From assembly GCF_009914755.1 (NCBI RefSeq), contig NC_060928.1: a stretch of DNA of 64,000 bases. One strand, 5' to 3'. The translations under genes were made by a program, and so were the position numbers. The notes under the pieces were generated by a model. The model was not told the DNA's origin. It ran no database searches and saw only the letters and a list, made by a program, of their open reading frames with translations. The stretch comes from the human T2T-CHM13v2.0 reference genome, Homo sapiens. Shown here piece by piece: positions 13,119 to 25,527 of this stretch (position 1 is its first letter; every line of letters starts with the position of its first letter).

Positions 13119-15375
13119 TGATATAGTTTGGCTGTTTCCTCACCGAAATCTCATCTTGAATTGTAACTCCCATAATTCCCAGTTTTCTTGGGAGGAATCC
13201 AGTGGGAGGTAATTGAATCATGAGGGTGGGTTTTTCCCATGCTGTTCTCATGATAGTGAATAAGTGTCAAGAGATCTGACGGTTTTAAAAACAGGAGTTT
13301 CCCTGCACAAGCTCTCTCCCTGCCTGCTGCCATCCATGTAAGATGTGACTTGCTCCTCATTGCCTGTCACCATGATTGTGAGGCTTTCCCAGCCATGGGG
13401 AATAGTAAGCCCATTAAACCTCTTTCTTTTGTAAATTGCTGAGTCTTGGGTATGTCTTTGTCAGCAGTGTGAAAATGGACTAATACAGTAAATTGGTACC
13501 AGTAGAGTGGGGTGCTCCTTAAAAGATACCCAAAAATGTGGAAAGGACTTTGGAACTGGGTAACAGGCAGAGGCTGGAAGAGTTTGAAGGGCTCAGAAGA
13601 AGACAAGAAAATGTGGGAATGTTTGGAACTACCTAGAGACTTGTTGAATGGCTTTGACTAAAATGCTGATAATGATATGGACAATGAAATCCAGGCTGAG
13701 GTGGTCTCAGTTGAAGATGAGGAACTTGTTGGGAACTGGAGCAAAGATGACTCTTGTTATATTTTAGCAAAGACAGTGTTGGCATTTTGCCCCTATCCCA
13801 GAGATTTGTGGCACTCTGAACTTGAGAAGGATTATTTAGGGTATTTGGCAGAAGAAATTTCTAAGCAGCAAATTCAAGATGTGACTTGGGTGCTGTTAAA
13901 GGCATTCAGTTTTAAAATGAAAACAGAGCATAAAAGTTTTTAAAAAATTGCAGCCTGACAATGCAATAGAAAAGAAAATCCCATTTTCTGAGGAGAAATT
14001 TAAGATACCTCGAGAAACTTGCATTAGTAATGAGGAGCCCAATGTTAATCACAGGACAATGGGGAAAATGTCTCCTGGGCATGTAAGAGACCTCTGTGGG
14101 AGCCCCTTTCATCACAGACCTGGAAGTTTTAGCAGGAAAAATGGGCCTGGCCGAGGGTCCCCCTGCTGTGTGCAGTATAGGGACTTGGTGCCCTGCATCC
14201 CAGTTGATCCAGCTGTGACTAAAAGAGGACAAGTTACAGCTCAGGCTGTTGCTTCAGAGGGTGGAATCCCCAAGCCTTGGCAGCTTCCACATGGTGTTGA
14301 GTCTATGGTGCACAGAAGTCAAGAATTGAAGTTTGGGAACCTCCGCCTGGATTTCAAAGGATGTATGGAAATGCCTAGATGTCCAGGCAGAAGTTTGCTG
14401 CAGGGGCAGGGCCCTCATGGAGAACCTCTGCTAGAACAATGAGGAAGGGAAATGTAGGGTTGGAGCCACCAAACAGAGTCGCTACTGGGGCACCACCTAG
14501 TGGAGCCGTGAGAAGAGGGCCACCATCCTCCAGATCCCAGAATGGTAGATCCAGCAACAGCTTGCACCATGCAACTGAAAAAGCTGAAAACACTCAACGC
14601 TAGCCTGTGAAAGCAGCCAGGAGGAGGGCTATACCCTACAAGGCCATGGGCCGAGCTGCCCAAGGCCATGGTAGCCCACCTCTTGCATCAGCATTACCTG
14701 GATGTGAGACATAGAGTCAAAGGAGATCATTTTGAAGCTTTAAGATCCAATTGCCCCACTAGATTTTGGACTTGCATGAGGCCTGTAGGCCCTTTGTTTT
14801 GGCCAATTTCTCCCATTTAGAATGGTTGTATTTATGCCTGTACCCACTATTGTATCTAGGAAGTAACTAACTTGCTTTTGATTTTACAGGCTAATAGGAG
14901 GAATTGACTTAGCATGTCTCGGATGAGACTTTGGACTGCAGACTTTTGAGATAATGATGAAATCAGTTAAGACTTTGGGGGACTGTTGGGAAGGCATAAT
15001 TGGTTTTGAAATGTGATGGCATGAGATTTGGGAGGGGCTGGGGTGGAATGACATGGTTTGGCTGTATAGGAGGAACTTGATGGGAGGTAACTGAATCATG
15101 AGGGTAGGTCTTTCCCATGCTGTTCTCATAATAGTGAATAAGTCTCATGAGATCTGATGATTTTAAAAGCAGGAGTTTCGCTGCACAAGCTCTCTCTCTG
15201 CCTGCTGCCATCCATGTAAGATGTGACTTAATCCTCCTTGTCTTCCACTATGATTACAAGGCCTCCCCAGCCACGTGGAACTGTAAGTCCATTAAAGTCC
15301 ATTAAACCTCTTTCTTTTGTGAATTGCCCAGTCCCAGGTATGTCTTTATCAGCAGCGTGAAAACAGACTAATACA
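13119..15375 (+). mobile_element. Complete THE1A-type MaLR element (LTR 13119-13487, internal 13488-15048, LTR 15049-15375), antisense to GABRA2
   Basis: Both LTRs run TG...CA with THE1 sequence. A purine-rich tract precedes the 3' LTR. Perfect 5-bp TSD AATTA at 13114-13118 and 15376-15380. Inserted in an old L1M 3' end. Confidence 0.95.
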
Positions 15376-17242
15376 AATTATATCTCAATCAAGTCAAAAA
15401 AAGAAACACAAAAACTAAAAATAAAATTAGACACACTGTTTTATTTGGAGAGGTTAACTTACATTTCATTCAATAAGAAAAGCTCAGGTTGGAAATAGAA
15501 TTAACTTCAAAAATATTTAAATGAAATGGTGGTAACAGAACCACAAAAAGCAACTAAGTAAATGATTTGGGATTATGTCTCTAAACTTTTAATGACAGGT
15601 TTTAAGTAGCTGCCATATGGTTGCTGGTCATTAAGAAAGAAATTCTTAGCTGATTTACATGCAGCAAAGCAATGGTTTGCAAAATGGCAAAAGATAGTAA
15701 AGTTAAACTGGTGTATTCAATTATCAAACATTTATTGGGTGATATTATATGCAGGATGCTGTGCCAAGTGCCATAGAGATAAAACAAGAAGACTTTGTAT
15801 CTCTAGTAATAAAATTTATAATCTACTCAGGTAATCAGGGCATGTACAATAGTAAATATAATTCAAATCTTTCCTATTTAAGTAAAATTAAACAGTTTCT
15901 ACCCCCTTGCCTATGTCAACATCCTTTGAATATTCCTTGATTTTTCTTTCTCTAACTTCATCTAGTCTAAAAAGTTATATATCCATTACCTGCAAGACAT
16001 ACACCAAATCACTTCTCTTAAAAATTATGCATACATGAGACATGGATAAGATAGATGATAAGAAAGAAATATTGAATGTAGGGAATAAGTGAATGATGTA
16101 TTTCAATAGGCCAGAAAAGAAATAAAGTGGCCGGGGGAGTATTAAGAGTTAGTGGAGACAGGCGATAAGTAAGCATTAACGGATAGAACTAGGAGATATT
16201 AACACCTGCGAAGGTAGTCTCCAGACTAAGAAAGACTTTAGAATCAAATACATAGAAGGGCAGCTAAATCCCTGGGAAAGGAAGAGAGCACCAAGAATAA
16301 AAACGAGAGCAAGAAATAGCCACATGGATTGAAAGAGAAAGAGAGGAGGACCTCAGAGAAGAAAGAGACAGCAACATACTAATACTACTAAAAAATAAGA
16401 CAAGATAGTGGTCTATTTGAGAATACATAATGACTTTTAGTTTAAAGAACAATTTTGCAATGAAAGGCTTAAGGAAAAATAAACTTTATTATATAAAATC
16501 TAAGGTATAATAGTTTAGCCTCTTAGCTATGTTAACATTTTGAGAATGTTTAGTAAGATTTTTAATAAAGATATAAGAACATTAACAATCTTAAAATGGT
16601 TTTAAAAGGCATTTATTCAATATGAGCAAGGATGATAAAAATAAAATTAAACATTATGAATGTACCAATAATGCGCTTTAAGAGTTAATCATTTTGGAAT
16701 GTGTAGTTTTATTCAGTTAATAACAACTTTGAGGTATAACTGATAGTTATAAATCCTGTTGGAAATAATTAAACTTTTCCATAGCAATTTTAAAGGTAGA
16801 ATACACTTACATGTAATTGATTAAAAATGTAACATCCAATCTTGTCCCATAAAAATAAAATTGCTTTTTCTCTTGCGGAAGACTCAGAAATAAGATATTT
16901 TGTAGGTAAAGTGTCACATCAATGCCATATCATATTCTGTAGATGGCATGTTATCATCTTCATGAAGTATCTATTCCTACCTAATAAAGGGGCATGTAAG
17001 ATCCCAAGCCTTGGAATCAAAGAGATCTAAATTCAATTCAGAGTTATACACTAATAATTTGTGACCCTATGCATATTACTTAACTTATATGTGCTTCGAT
17101 ATTCTTATCTGTTAAATGTGGCTTATAATGCCTATCTTACAGTACTTTGAAATAATTAAATGAGATGGTAGGTGTAAAGTACACTATGCCTAGCACAGGT
17201 TAAACACTGAAAAATGTATTTTAAAAAATTAGTAACAGTAGA

Positions 17243-17823
17243 TATGCTAGTTTTCTATTGTTTAACAAATTATTACAAACTTAACAATGTAAGACAATAC
17301 CCATTTATTAGCACATAGTTCTGTAGGTCAGAAGTCCAGCATGCTATGTCTTGGTTCTCTGCTCAGATTCTCACATGGCTGAAATCAAGGTATGGGTGTG
17401 CTGTGCTCCTTTCTGGAGCCTCTGGGGAAGAATCAGCTTCTAAGCTCTTTCAGATTGTTGTCCAAATCTAGTTCCTTGCAGCTGTAGAATTAAGATTCCC
17501 ATTTTCCCTGCTGGCTGTCAAGTCTCATCTCCTAGAGGCTGTTGTGTTCCTTGCCATGTGGCCCCCTACCAGCAATGAAGAATCTCCCTCATGTTTTAAA
17601 TATCCTGGACTTTTCTGTCTCTGATCTCTTGATTTAGATTTAAAAGGCTCATGTGATTAGGTCAGACCCACTCGGATAATGTCCCTTTCTTAAAGTCAAC
17701 TGTGCCATATAACAAAAACTAATCATCAGACTGAAATCACAGTCACAGTCACAGAAATCATACAGGGCATGTAAAACATGTGACAAGAAATTTGGGGATA
17801 GCCTAGAATTCTATCTCCTACTC
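17243..17823 (-). mobile_element. MLT1 (D/E-like) solo LTR
   Basis: MLT1 motifs (atttatt...agttctgtaggtcagaagtcc, ggctgaaatcaagg, tcatgtgattaggtcagaccca). Confidence 0.75.
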
Positions 17824-18429
17824 ATTTCAGTAAATGTTTTAAAAATTGTCTATTGCATAACACTTTCAATCATTTTAAAAGGTTACCTTTTTTAAGTTTT
17901 GAAGAAATCATAAGTAATCATGATTAGAAATCTAACAGGTAATTAGATCACTAATGGCTAATATTTATGCAAGGGAAATACAACATATTTATGGAAGTCT
18001 AAATTTCTAAAGAAAAGCCAGATGAAGTTAAGCTATCATTTATTTGACTGCTCAGGTTTTCTCAGAAACACCTTATTCTCCTGTTTGGTTCTGTACTTCC
18101 ATAGATGTAATCTCAAAATCCAACTATTCCTTCTCATTTAATTCTAGTGTATGACAAGAAATACCATGAAATTTAAACATTCTATGGAGAATTTTGCAAT
18201 AAACTTCTACTTAAAGGGCATCCCACAAAGGAAAAATTTAATCACATGTAACCCTAGGATACACAGTTAAATAAAGACTATCAAACTCCATGAACTCTCT
18301 TAGTAAAAATAACTATCTCATGTCCTATTTTTAGATGTTCTCTCATTTTCACTCATTATTTCCTAAATTGTGAACAAATCTCCACATTATGACATGTTCG
18401 CAAAAATCAAAAGGCACATGGGAAGTTGG

Positions 18430-18670
18430 CCACTAATGAACACCCAACATATGCTGGGTACTTTTACAGGAACATTACAAATAATTTCATTACTCTTTGT
18501 AACCTTGCTATAAATGTTAGTTATTTTATACTTATTTTACTGATGAAGAAACTGAGGTTTAGAGAAGGCAATTCATGTATACAAAAAGCACATGGTAAGA
18601 ACATGCTCAAACCAGAATACAAACCCTGGTTTTTCAAGCTCCAAAGCCTGATCTTTTCCAAAGTACACTA
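18430..18670 (-). mobile_element. MIR SINE
   Basis: attttactgatgaagaaactgaggtttagagaagg core. Confidence 0.7.
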
Positions 18671-20711
18671 TATTGTGTCTCATAAGATGTACATGGGTCA
18701 AATGGGAACAAAGGGAAATGAAGCAGTTGTAACTCAATGCATCTGGAAAGAGGGTTCTTGCATTTAATATGCCTTCATCTATTTGCCTTTCATATACTCA
18801 TCCCTTCTTCATGTATCATATTACTTCAATATCACTTATAATAAGCTTAACATGATTGAAATTTATATGAACAATTGCATCATTGTATTACTAATTTTAC
18901 AAATAACTCAAGTACCAATGTACTTTGTACCAAGAAATGCTGAGATTATCTATCTAGACTACATGGTCTTCTTATCTCCTTCTCATTAGCTATTCTCCAG
19001 CATAATAATACCAAAAGCTCTGATTCACACAGTAAGGGAGTAAAATCAGCAGTGAGAGTAACAGATTCTGGCTTTAATTCACAACACCCTAATAGATTTT
19101 CTGCTAAACACTGCACTGTCCTTTCTGATCCTTCATGTCTAAACCTGTATTCAAGTCTGGATATACGTCAAACTCAGGATGACCAAGAAATGCAATAATA
19201 AGAACACCTAAACAAATAAAAGAATGAAACTGCGCACCATCCTTCCCCTTCCAGAGATACTTATCCAGATGCTAATGATTACACAAATGTAACAAATAGT
19301 GAGCTCCTCCTCCAAAGCATACATATACTCATTGATACCACCTTTGTTTGATTTGAGGGTGCTTAATTCCTGATTGATGAGACTCTGGAGAAAGGCTCTT
19401 GAGAAAATTATATTGGATAGAATATCCATGCCATCACAAAATAATTAGGTGACAAAAGGCAAGTAATTGGTCTGCGGCTCTCATTTCCTTGCTTCTAAGG
19501 TAGGGTTCATCAATTTATCTATCTCATGGGAGTTATAATGAGTATTAAATGATATGTAAAGTGCTTAGCATGGCACCTCAATCTCAGAACCTGTTAGAAA
19601 TTATAATTTAGTATGATTCCATTATCTTATAACTTTTCATTAACAGCCTCTGCAAGACAACTGAAAAACTTTAAACGGTTGGTATAAAACTAACAATAGT
19701 TTTGCAAAATCTCAAAATACAGAGACATTTTAGGCTTATGCTTTTCAGGCTTTTAAAATACATTTTTGTAGTTCTTGTTTTTGTCTCTATCATGTGCATC
19801 TAGTGGCTCTTCCAAAGCTTTTGTTGTGGGGTTAGAAGGCAGTGTTGTATGCATTACAGATGACTGAAGCCATAGAGCCTTTGTTCATGATCACTGCTCA
19901 GATGGTCTGAAAAGCAGTAACAGCAGGGGCTACTGAATTAGTCCATTTCACTATATTAAATCCAGGTTCAACCCAATGGTTCTAATTTTATGTGCTACTG
20001 AATTTAAGGTTCAGCAGACCAATTTAACCCATCTATCAATCAACATTGTTTCTGAGAAGGATGACTCGTTGTTAGCAATGTCAGAAGTCTAAACCACTAA
20101 AATATATAGAAAAAAATTGATTGTTGAATGTCAAAAACATTTCTAAGAACCCAAAATAAGTAGCTCTCCAAAGCACAGATATGTCTGTTTTTGCATATAT
20201 GAGTGTTGGATTCACATAATCAATTGACAAATGGTGAATTCTACATACTGTGCCAAGCACTAAGGACACAGTAGCAAACCACACATGGTCTCTTCCTCAC
20301 CTATCTAACTCCATTCTCCCTGGCAATTACTGTCACGGAGGTTGAAATTTCAGACTAACACTTCAAAGAGTATCTCTTTTTAAATATCTTCAACTGGAAC
20401 TATGCCTTCACAGCACAAATGGCAAACCTCTTTATTCCTGGGAGCTTTGGAAAAAGGGCATACAGCACTGCCTTCTAACACCAAGAAAAGAGAAGGTACA
20501 TAAAGTTGACTATATCCAAAAAAGCATGGTTATTAATATCATATCTTCATAATAATTAACTTCATAAACATTCTATGCATGCTACAGACAAAACAAAGTT
20601 GCAGAATTATACATCTTGAAATGAGATATGACCTGTGTCACCAAACAGTTTGTATAATCAGTCACTATGGAAGATGACTTGCACCCTGAGAAATGGGTTC
20701 TACTTGCCAAG

Positions 20712-21116
20712 TGTGGTAGTTATTAAGTTACTTGCAAAATATTGCTAGTTCTTCCACTTCTGAGTAAATGGTAGGGTTGCACTTCCCTGCCACCTTGAAG
20801 TTAAACATGTGTATATGGTTTCCTTTGAACAATGGACTGTGGGCAGAGGGACATTGTGTCACATCTGGGCAGAAGCTTTAAATGACAGTGTACACCTAGC
20901 CACATCTTTCCCCTGGACACAGTGGCTAGCAATGTTTTAGGTGGTGGAAGTCCATCAATCCGAAACCCTAAGTGAGGAAGACATAAAAGAGAGCCCATTC
21001 CTACATGCCATCCAACCTCAGTGGACAAGGTTGGATCGTGAGCAAGATACATGATCGAGAGATAAAACTGGATAGTTATTACTGAAACATAAGCCAGTTA
21101 ATTCTGACTAATCCAA
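20712..21116 (+). mobile_element. Old MLT1 (I/J-like) solo LTR
   Basis: tgtggtag...gcacttccctgccaccttgaagtt...ctgactaatcca. Resembles the element at ~51310-51717. Confidence 0.6.
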
Positions 21117-24100
21117 TCACTAAACAAAAGTAGGACTCTGACCTTGTAACACTGACAGCCACCTCAGAACAATGGGGGACAGAGGCCTCTCTTTGAGGTT
21201 TTGAGGAAAATGCTAGCTAGACTCATCTGGTAACAGACCAATCTTACCATACACATTTCTTTTTCCCTTTAACTTAAAAGAGTTCAAATAAAGTACTATG
21301 AGAGAAAGAAGAAAGAAACCATCATTTTTAACCAGAACCTTGAAAACAGATGACTCAGTCCAGTGTTTGGACCATGTGCATCAGAATCAAGAACATTTGT
21401 TGAAATATAGTTCTGGGACCAAACCAAATCTGAATGAGTCTTTGAAGATTTGTTAAATTTGCACTTAACAAGTTTTCCGACTGGTTTTTTCATACCCTTT
21501 ATGAGAAGTCTTGGTTTAGGGCCAGAGGCTGCAAACTAATACTCAAGTGTGATTTGTTTGGGAAGCACAGATTTTGTTTAGTTTGATTTAAATGAAAATT
21601 GGTTGACCTTTAAGACTGAAGAAAACTTTCTATAAAAATGGAGATCTTCAACAACTTTTGAAAAATAATTGGAATATCTGGCAACTCTGATTTTAAATAC
21701 TTATGTGGCAATGATCAGATAAAACTCAACCCCCTTCATACAAGAAATGTGCTCTCCAGTTCTTCAATCTCCATTATGCTCCACTCATTCCTTTATTTGT
21801 TCTGCCCATGGAGAGCATTTGAGTTTGGGTCCCTTTGTTCTGGCTCTTGAAGGCTATGTTACACAGACTGGAGATTCCACTCTGGAAACTGGGAAAGAAG
21901 AAAGCTATTAAAGATGCTGAGCAAAATAATTACATAATCAAATCTAACTAAAAGTTAGAAATCTGGCAATATGGGAAATAGGGTAGGGCTAGGTTAATAT
22001 ACTCAAACGTTTCCTTGGGGCAGCACAGTACTTCCTGGTCAAGCGGTTTACTTGACTGAGTGACATACACTGGATAGATCTCTGGCTAAATCTAGAGGGC
22101 ACACCCCTGTAATCAGGGAAGCTATTACCGAATTTCATTGAGCTACTGTCATTGGGAATTTCAGCTTGGGGTCACCAGATTTGTCATTTTTAAAAGAGAA
22201 GACAGAAGTTCACATTTTATTGGATTCCAAATGTTTCAAGTTAATTATTTATTTAAAAACAAGAATAGGCCAATACATTATGTTGATACCTGTGGATTAG
22301 AGGATGGAGATTAGAAGCAAGAAACTGAATAGGAGTAAAGAGAATTTGAAAAATTATTTTCAGATGGATATTTAGTTCTTGCAGCTTGACAAATACAGAT
22401 ACCATTAGCCATGCAAGAGAACTACAGGCTGAAAAAAACAGTTTTAGGTGGCAGAATTATGAGTTTAGTTCCTAGAAACTGAATTTGAGAAATCCATGTA
22501 TCAAAGGGCACAGTTCATCATTTGTCTATCTATTCAACATATATGATTACTGTTATATCCTAAAAATATTACACATAGTATTGGGGATAAATTAACAGGC
22601 AGAGTCATAAGTCTTTGTATTTAGAGGTCTTAGATTCCAATAGATGTATGATAGAATTACAAAACTGCATGTTAGAGTTATATTAAATATAGTAACGGGA
22701 GATTTGTTCCAAAGGAAATGTGTGTATATAAGTGGATGGTAGTTATTTAAGGCTTCTAGAAGGTAGTGACATCTAAGCTAAAACCTAAAAATAGGAAAAT
22801 GTGGTTCCCAATAGAAGCAATAGTCTACATAATGACTCACAGGCTAGTGGTCCAAAGTCTATTTTTAAATTTTCCTAAAAAATAAAAAATGAAATTAATT
22901 CAGTGAATCTGGACCACCACAAACAAAATTAGTGACAAGTAGTAAGAGATGGAACCAAAAAAGTGAACAGAAGTCACTGGCTACAGAGCTACCTTAAGTG
23001 CCCTGGATCATGAAAGTAGTGGATAATCATAGAAAGGAGTTCATGTGAGCAATAATAAGCAAAGCTGAAAAAAAAAGCATCAGGGCTAGAAATTAAAATT
23101 TGTGAATAAACTACATATAGGTTAATATTTAAGGTCATGAAATTGAATTATTCTGGGAAAATTAAAAGGTAATAAGAGTTAAAAGTATAGAACATTGGAA
23201 TACACTCATATACTTCAGAAGAGAGAAGATAAAGAGAAACCAAAGAAAAAAAACTGATAAAGAACAGTAGAGGGACAAAACAAACAAACAAACAAAAAAC
23301 CCAACCAACCAGGAAAAAGGAGTTTTCAAGTGGAGGTAGATCTATGAAGTCCAACAGGATGAGAAGTAAAAGAGCTTTGAAGAGATGTTGCCATTCACAT
23401 GCCATGTATAAAGAATGTAGAGCAAGATTTAGAAACATAAACAGCTGAGAAATATAATTTGATGCATTCATTACTATCTTACTTACACCAGTCACTTCCT
23501 AATCAAACCTTACTCAGGTTTCAAAGAAGCTCTTAATTGGGATTTTCATGCAATGGGAGCACCTAATTTTGTACAAACTTCTAGTTGCTAGGAGTCAGAA
23601 AACCAAAGCAGCCTTTGTGTCCTTCCAGACTGGACAGACCTTAGAGGTTTGCAGCCTTATTCTGCTAGCTTGTATTCAACTCTATACTCTGTCTATTTCT
23701 CTACAAAGAAAAAATTGGTTTTAGATTTCTGTTCCAAGAACCCTATTTTCTACTCTATTTGCCTTGAAACAAGCCACACACACACACACAACACACACAC
23801 ACAAAACCACAGGAGAAATTTTAGATAGAAGGGGCATTGTAGGTTACTGAACTACAGTCCTCTCATACTCATGTTCCAGAAACTGAGGCACAGAGATGAC
23901 ACTAGTCCAAGATCACACAGCTTTTATAAAAAGAATTTTCTTTATATACAAACTAGTGTTTATTTTATACTCTAGTATACAGCTTTGCCATCACAAAATC
24001 CTCTGATCAAATTAAAGGCTTTTTCTCCTCTTAGCAAGTCTGTAAAATTAAAGTACAATGTTTTTCACCAATTTAGCATCCTCTAGGTTTGTAAAGTGGT

Positions 24101-24821
24101 CTTTGTCAAGCTCTGATACAAATCATATATAATATTGTTTTAAAGAACATCATCCCTTTTATCTCTCCAAAGGGTAAATTTGGAACATGTTAAATAGAAC
24201 ATAAAATAATTTAAATCAAGCGTACTATTATATTTCTGCCAAAATTATATGTGTGGTAATTTTTTACCATAATACCAAATTCAGATTTAAATTAGTTATT
24301 TTTATAATCAATTATTCTTGCAGATTTTGTTCACAACCTTCATTACAGATTTTTTCTTCCCACAACTCATTAACTGCAGTATCCAATACATTTTTTTATA
24401 AAGCAAGGTTCAAATACTACTGAGCATTATTACAGATTAGTTTTAATTTTTTCTACATACCATGTATAGATATAGATTTTTTTTACTCATAGAGGATGAT
24501 ATAACTAAAGTGCAGTCATGACTGGATAGAGAAATTGCATTTAATATTATGCAGCATATCCACCTAAATTAATGGTCAGTCTTATATTTACGAACAATTT
24601 TGTAAAAGTATAAGAAATAAATCTGTTCATGTTTATACTCTGCTAAAAATAAAGTTTACCACCACCACCATTTAGAAATAAAAATTATAAATCTCTAAGT
24701 GTCAAAAAATTGATATTATAATAATATTTAGTGAGCACTTAAAGGACCCCTTCTCTTCACTACATTATATTCTTTATGAATTTCCCCTGGGGTTGTAGGA
24801 CATGGTAGCCTGAGCTAATCA

Positions 24822-24985
24822 CTTCCTTGCTGCACAAAGTGTGGCGCACAGAACAGCAGCACTGGCATCACCCAGGAGCTTGTTAGAAATGCAGCATCTT
24901 GAGCCCAACATAAATGTATTGAATCAACATATGCATGTTAATAATAACCAACCAGGTTATTCATATGCACACTTTACAAAGTAAG
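24822..24985. mobile_element. MER5A (hAT-Charlie) MITE
   Basis: caaagtgtgg...agcagcactggcatcacccaggagcttgttagaaatgcag. A more decayed copy lies at ~21350-21520. Confidence 0.75.
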
Positions 24986-25036
24986 AAATGGAGGCACTGA
25001 AAGAAGAAGTAACTTTTCTATTAGAGAGTTAGCAGA

Positions 25037-25527
25037 TGTGACAGACATTGCCAGTAGCTTACTGATTATCAAATACATCCTCCTCCTTTCTAATAAATCC
25101 AATTTTATTTAGGGCAGAAATGTGCCCAATGCCAAGCAGGACACTAATTTCCCCAGATGTCTTCCTAGCTGCAGAGAACTATGAAGGTAAAGGCAGAAAT
25201 CAGCTGCAAGTGCCCAGAAGGCTTATTTTTCTGACATAAGGAACAGATGATTCCACTCCTTCCTTTTGTTCTGGCCTTAACCATAGATAGGATAGTTGGA
25301 GCTGCAGTAGCCATCTTGGGATCATGAGGTGACAAGCATAAAGAGAAGGAAACACTAAGGAAGGTGATTAAAAAAAATAAAGAGTCGATGTTCTTTAAGC
25401 CACCTTTTTAAGAACTCAGTGCTAGGAGCCACCTATCTGTAAAATTCTTGTTTGTGAGAAAAATTAACCCCCATTGAAGTCACTGTAGATGGAATTTCCT
25501 ATTACACTCAGGCAAACACATCCCTAA
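25037..25527 (+). mobile_element. Old MLT1 (J/K-like) solo LTR
   Basis: ggagctgcagtagccatcttgggatcatgagg...caaacacatccctaa motifs. Confidence 0.6.

Noticed and set aside
13151-15211. ORF cluster up to 164 aa
   Set aside because: Fragments of THE1 LTR and decayed MaLR internal sequence.
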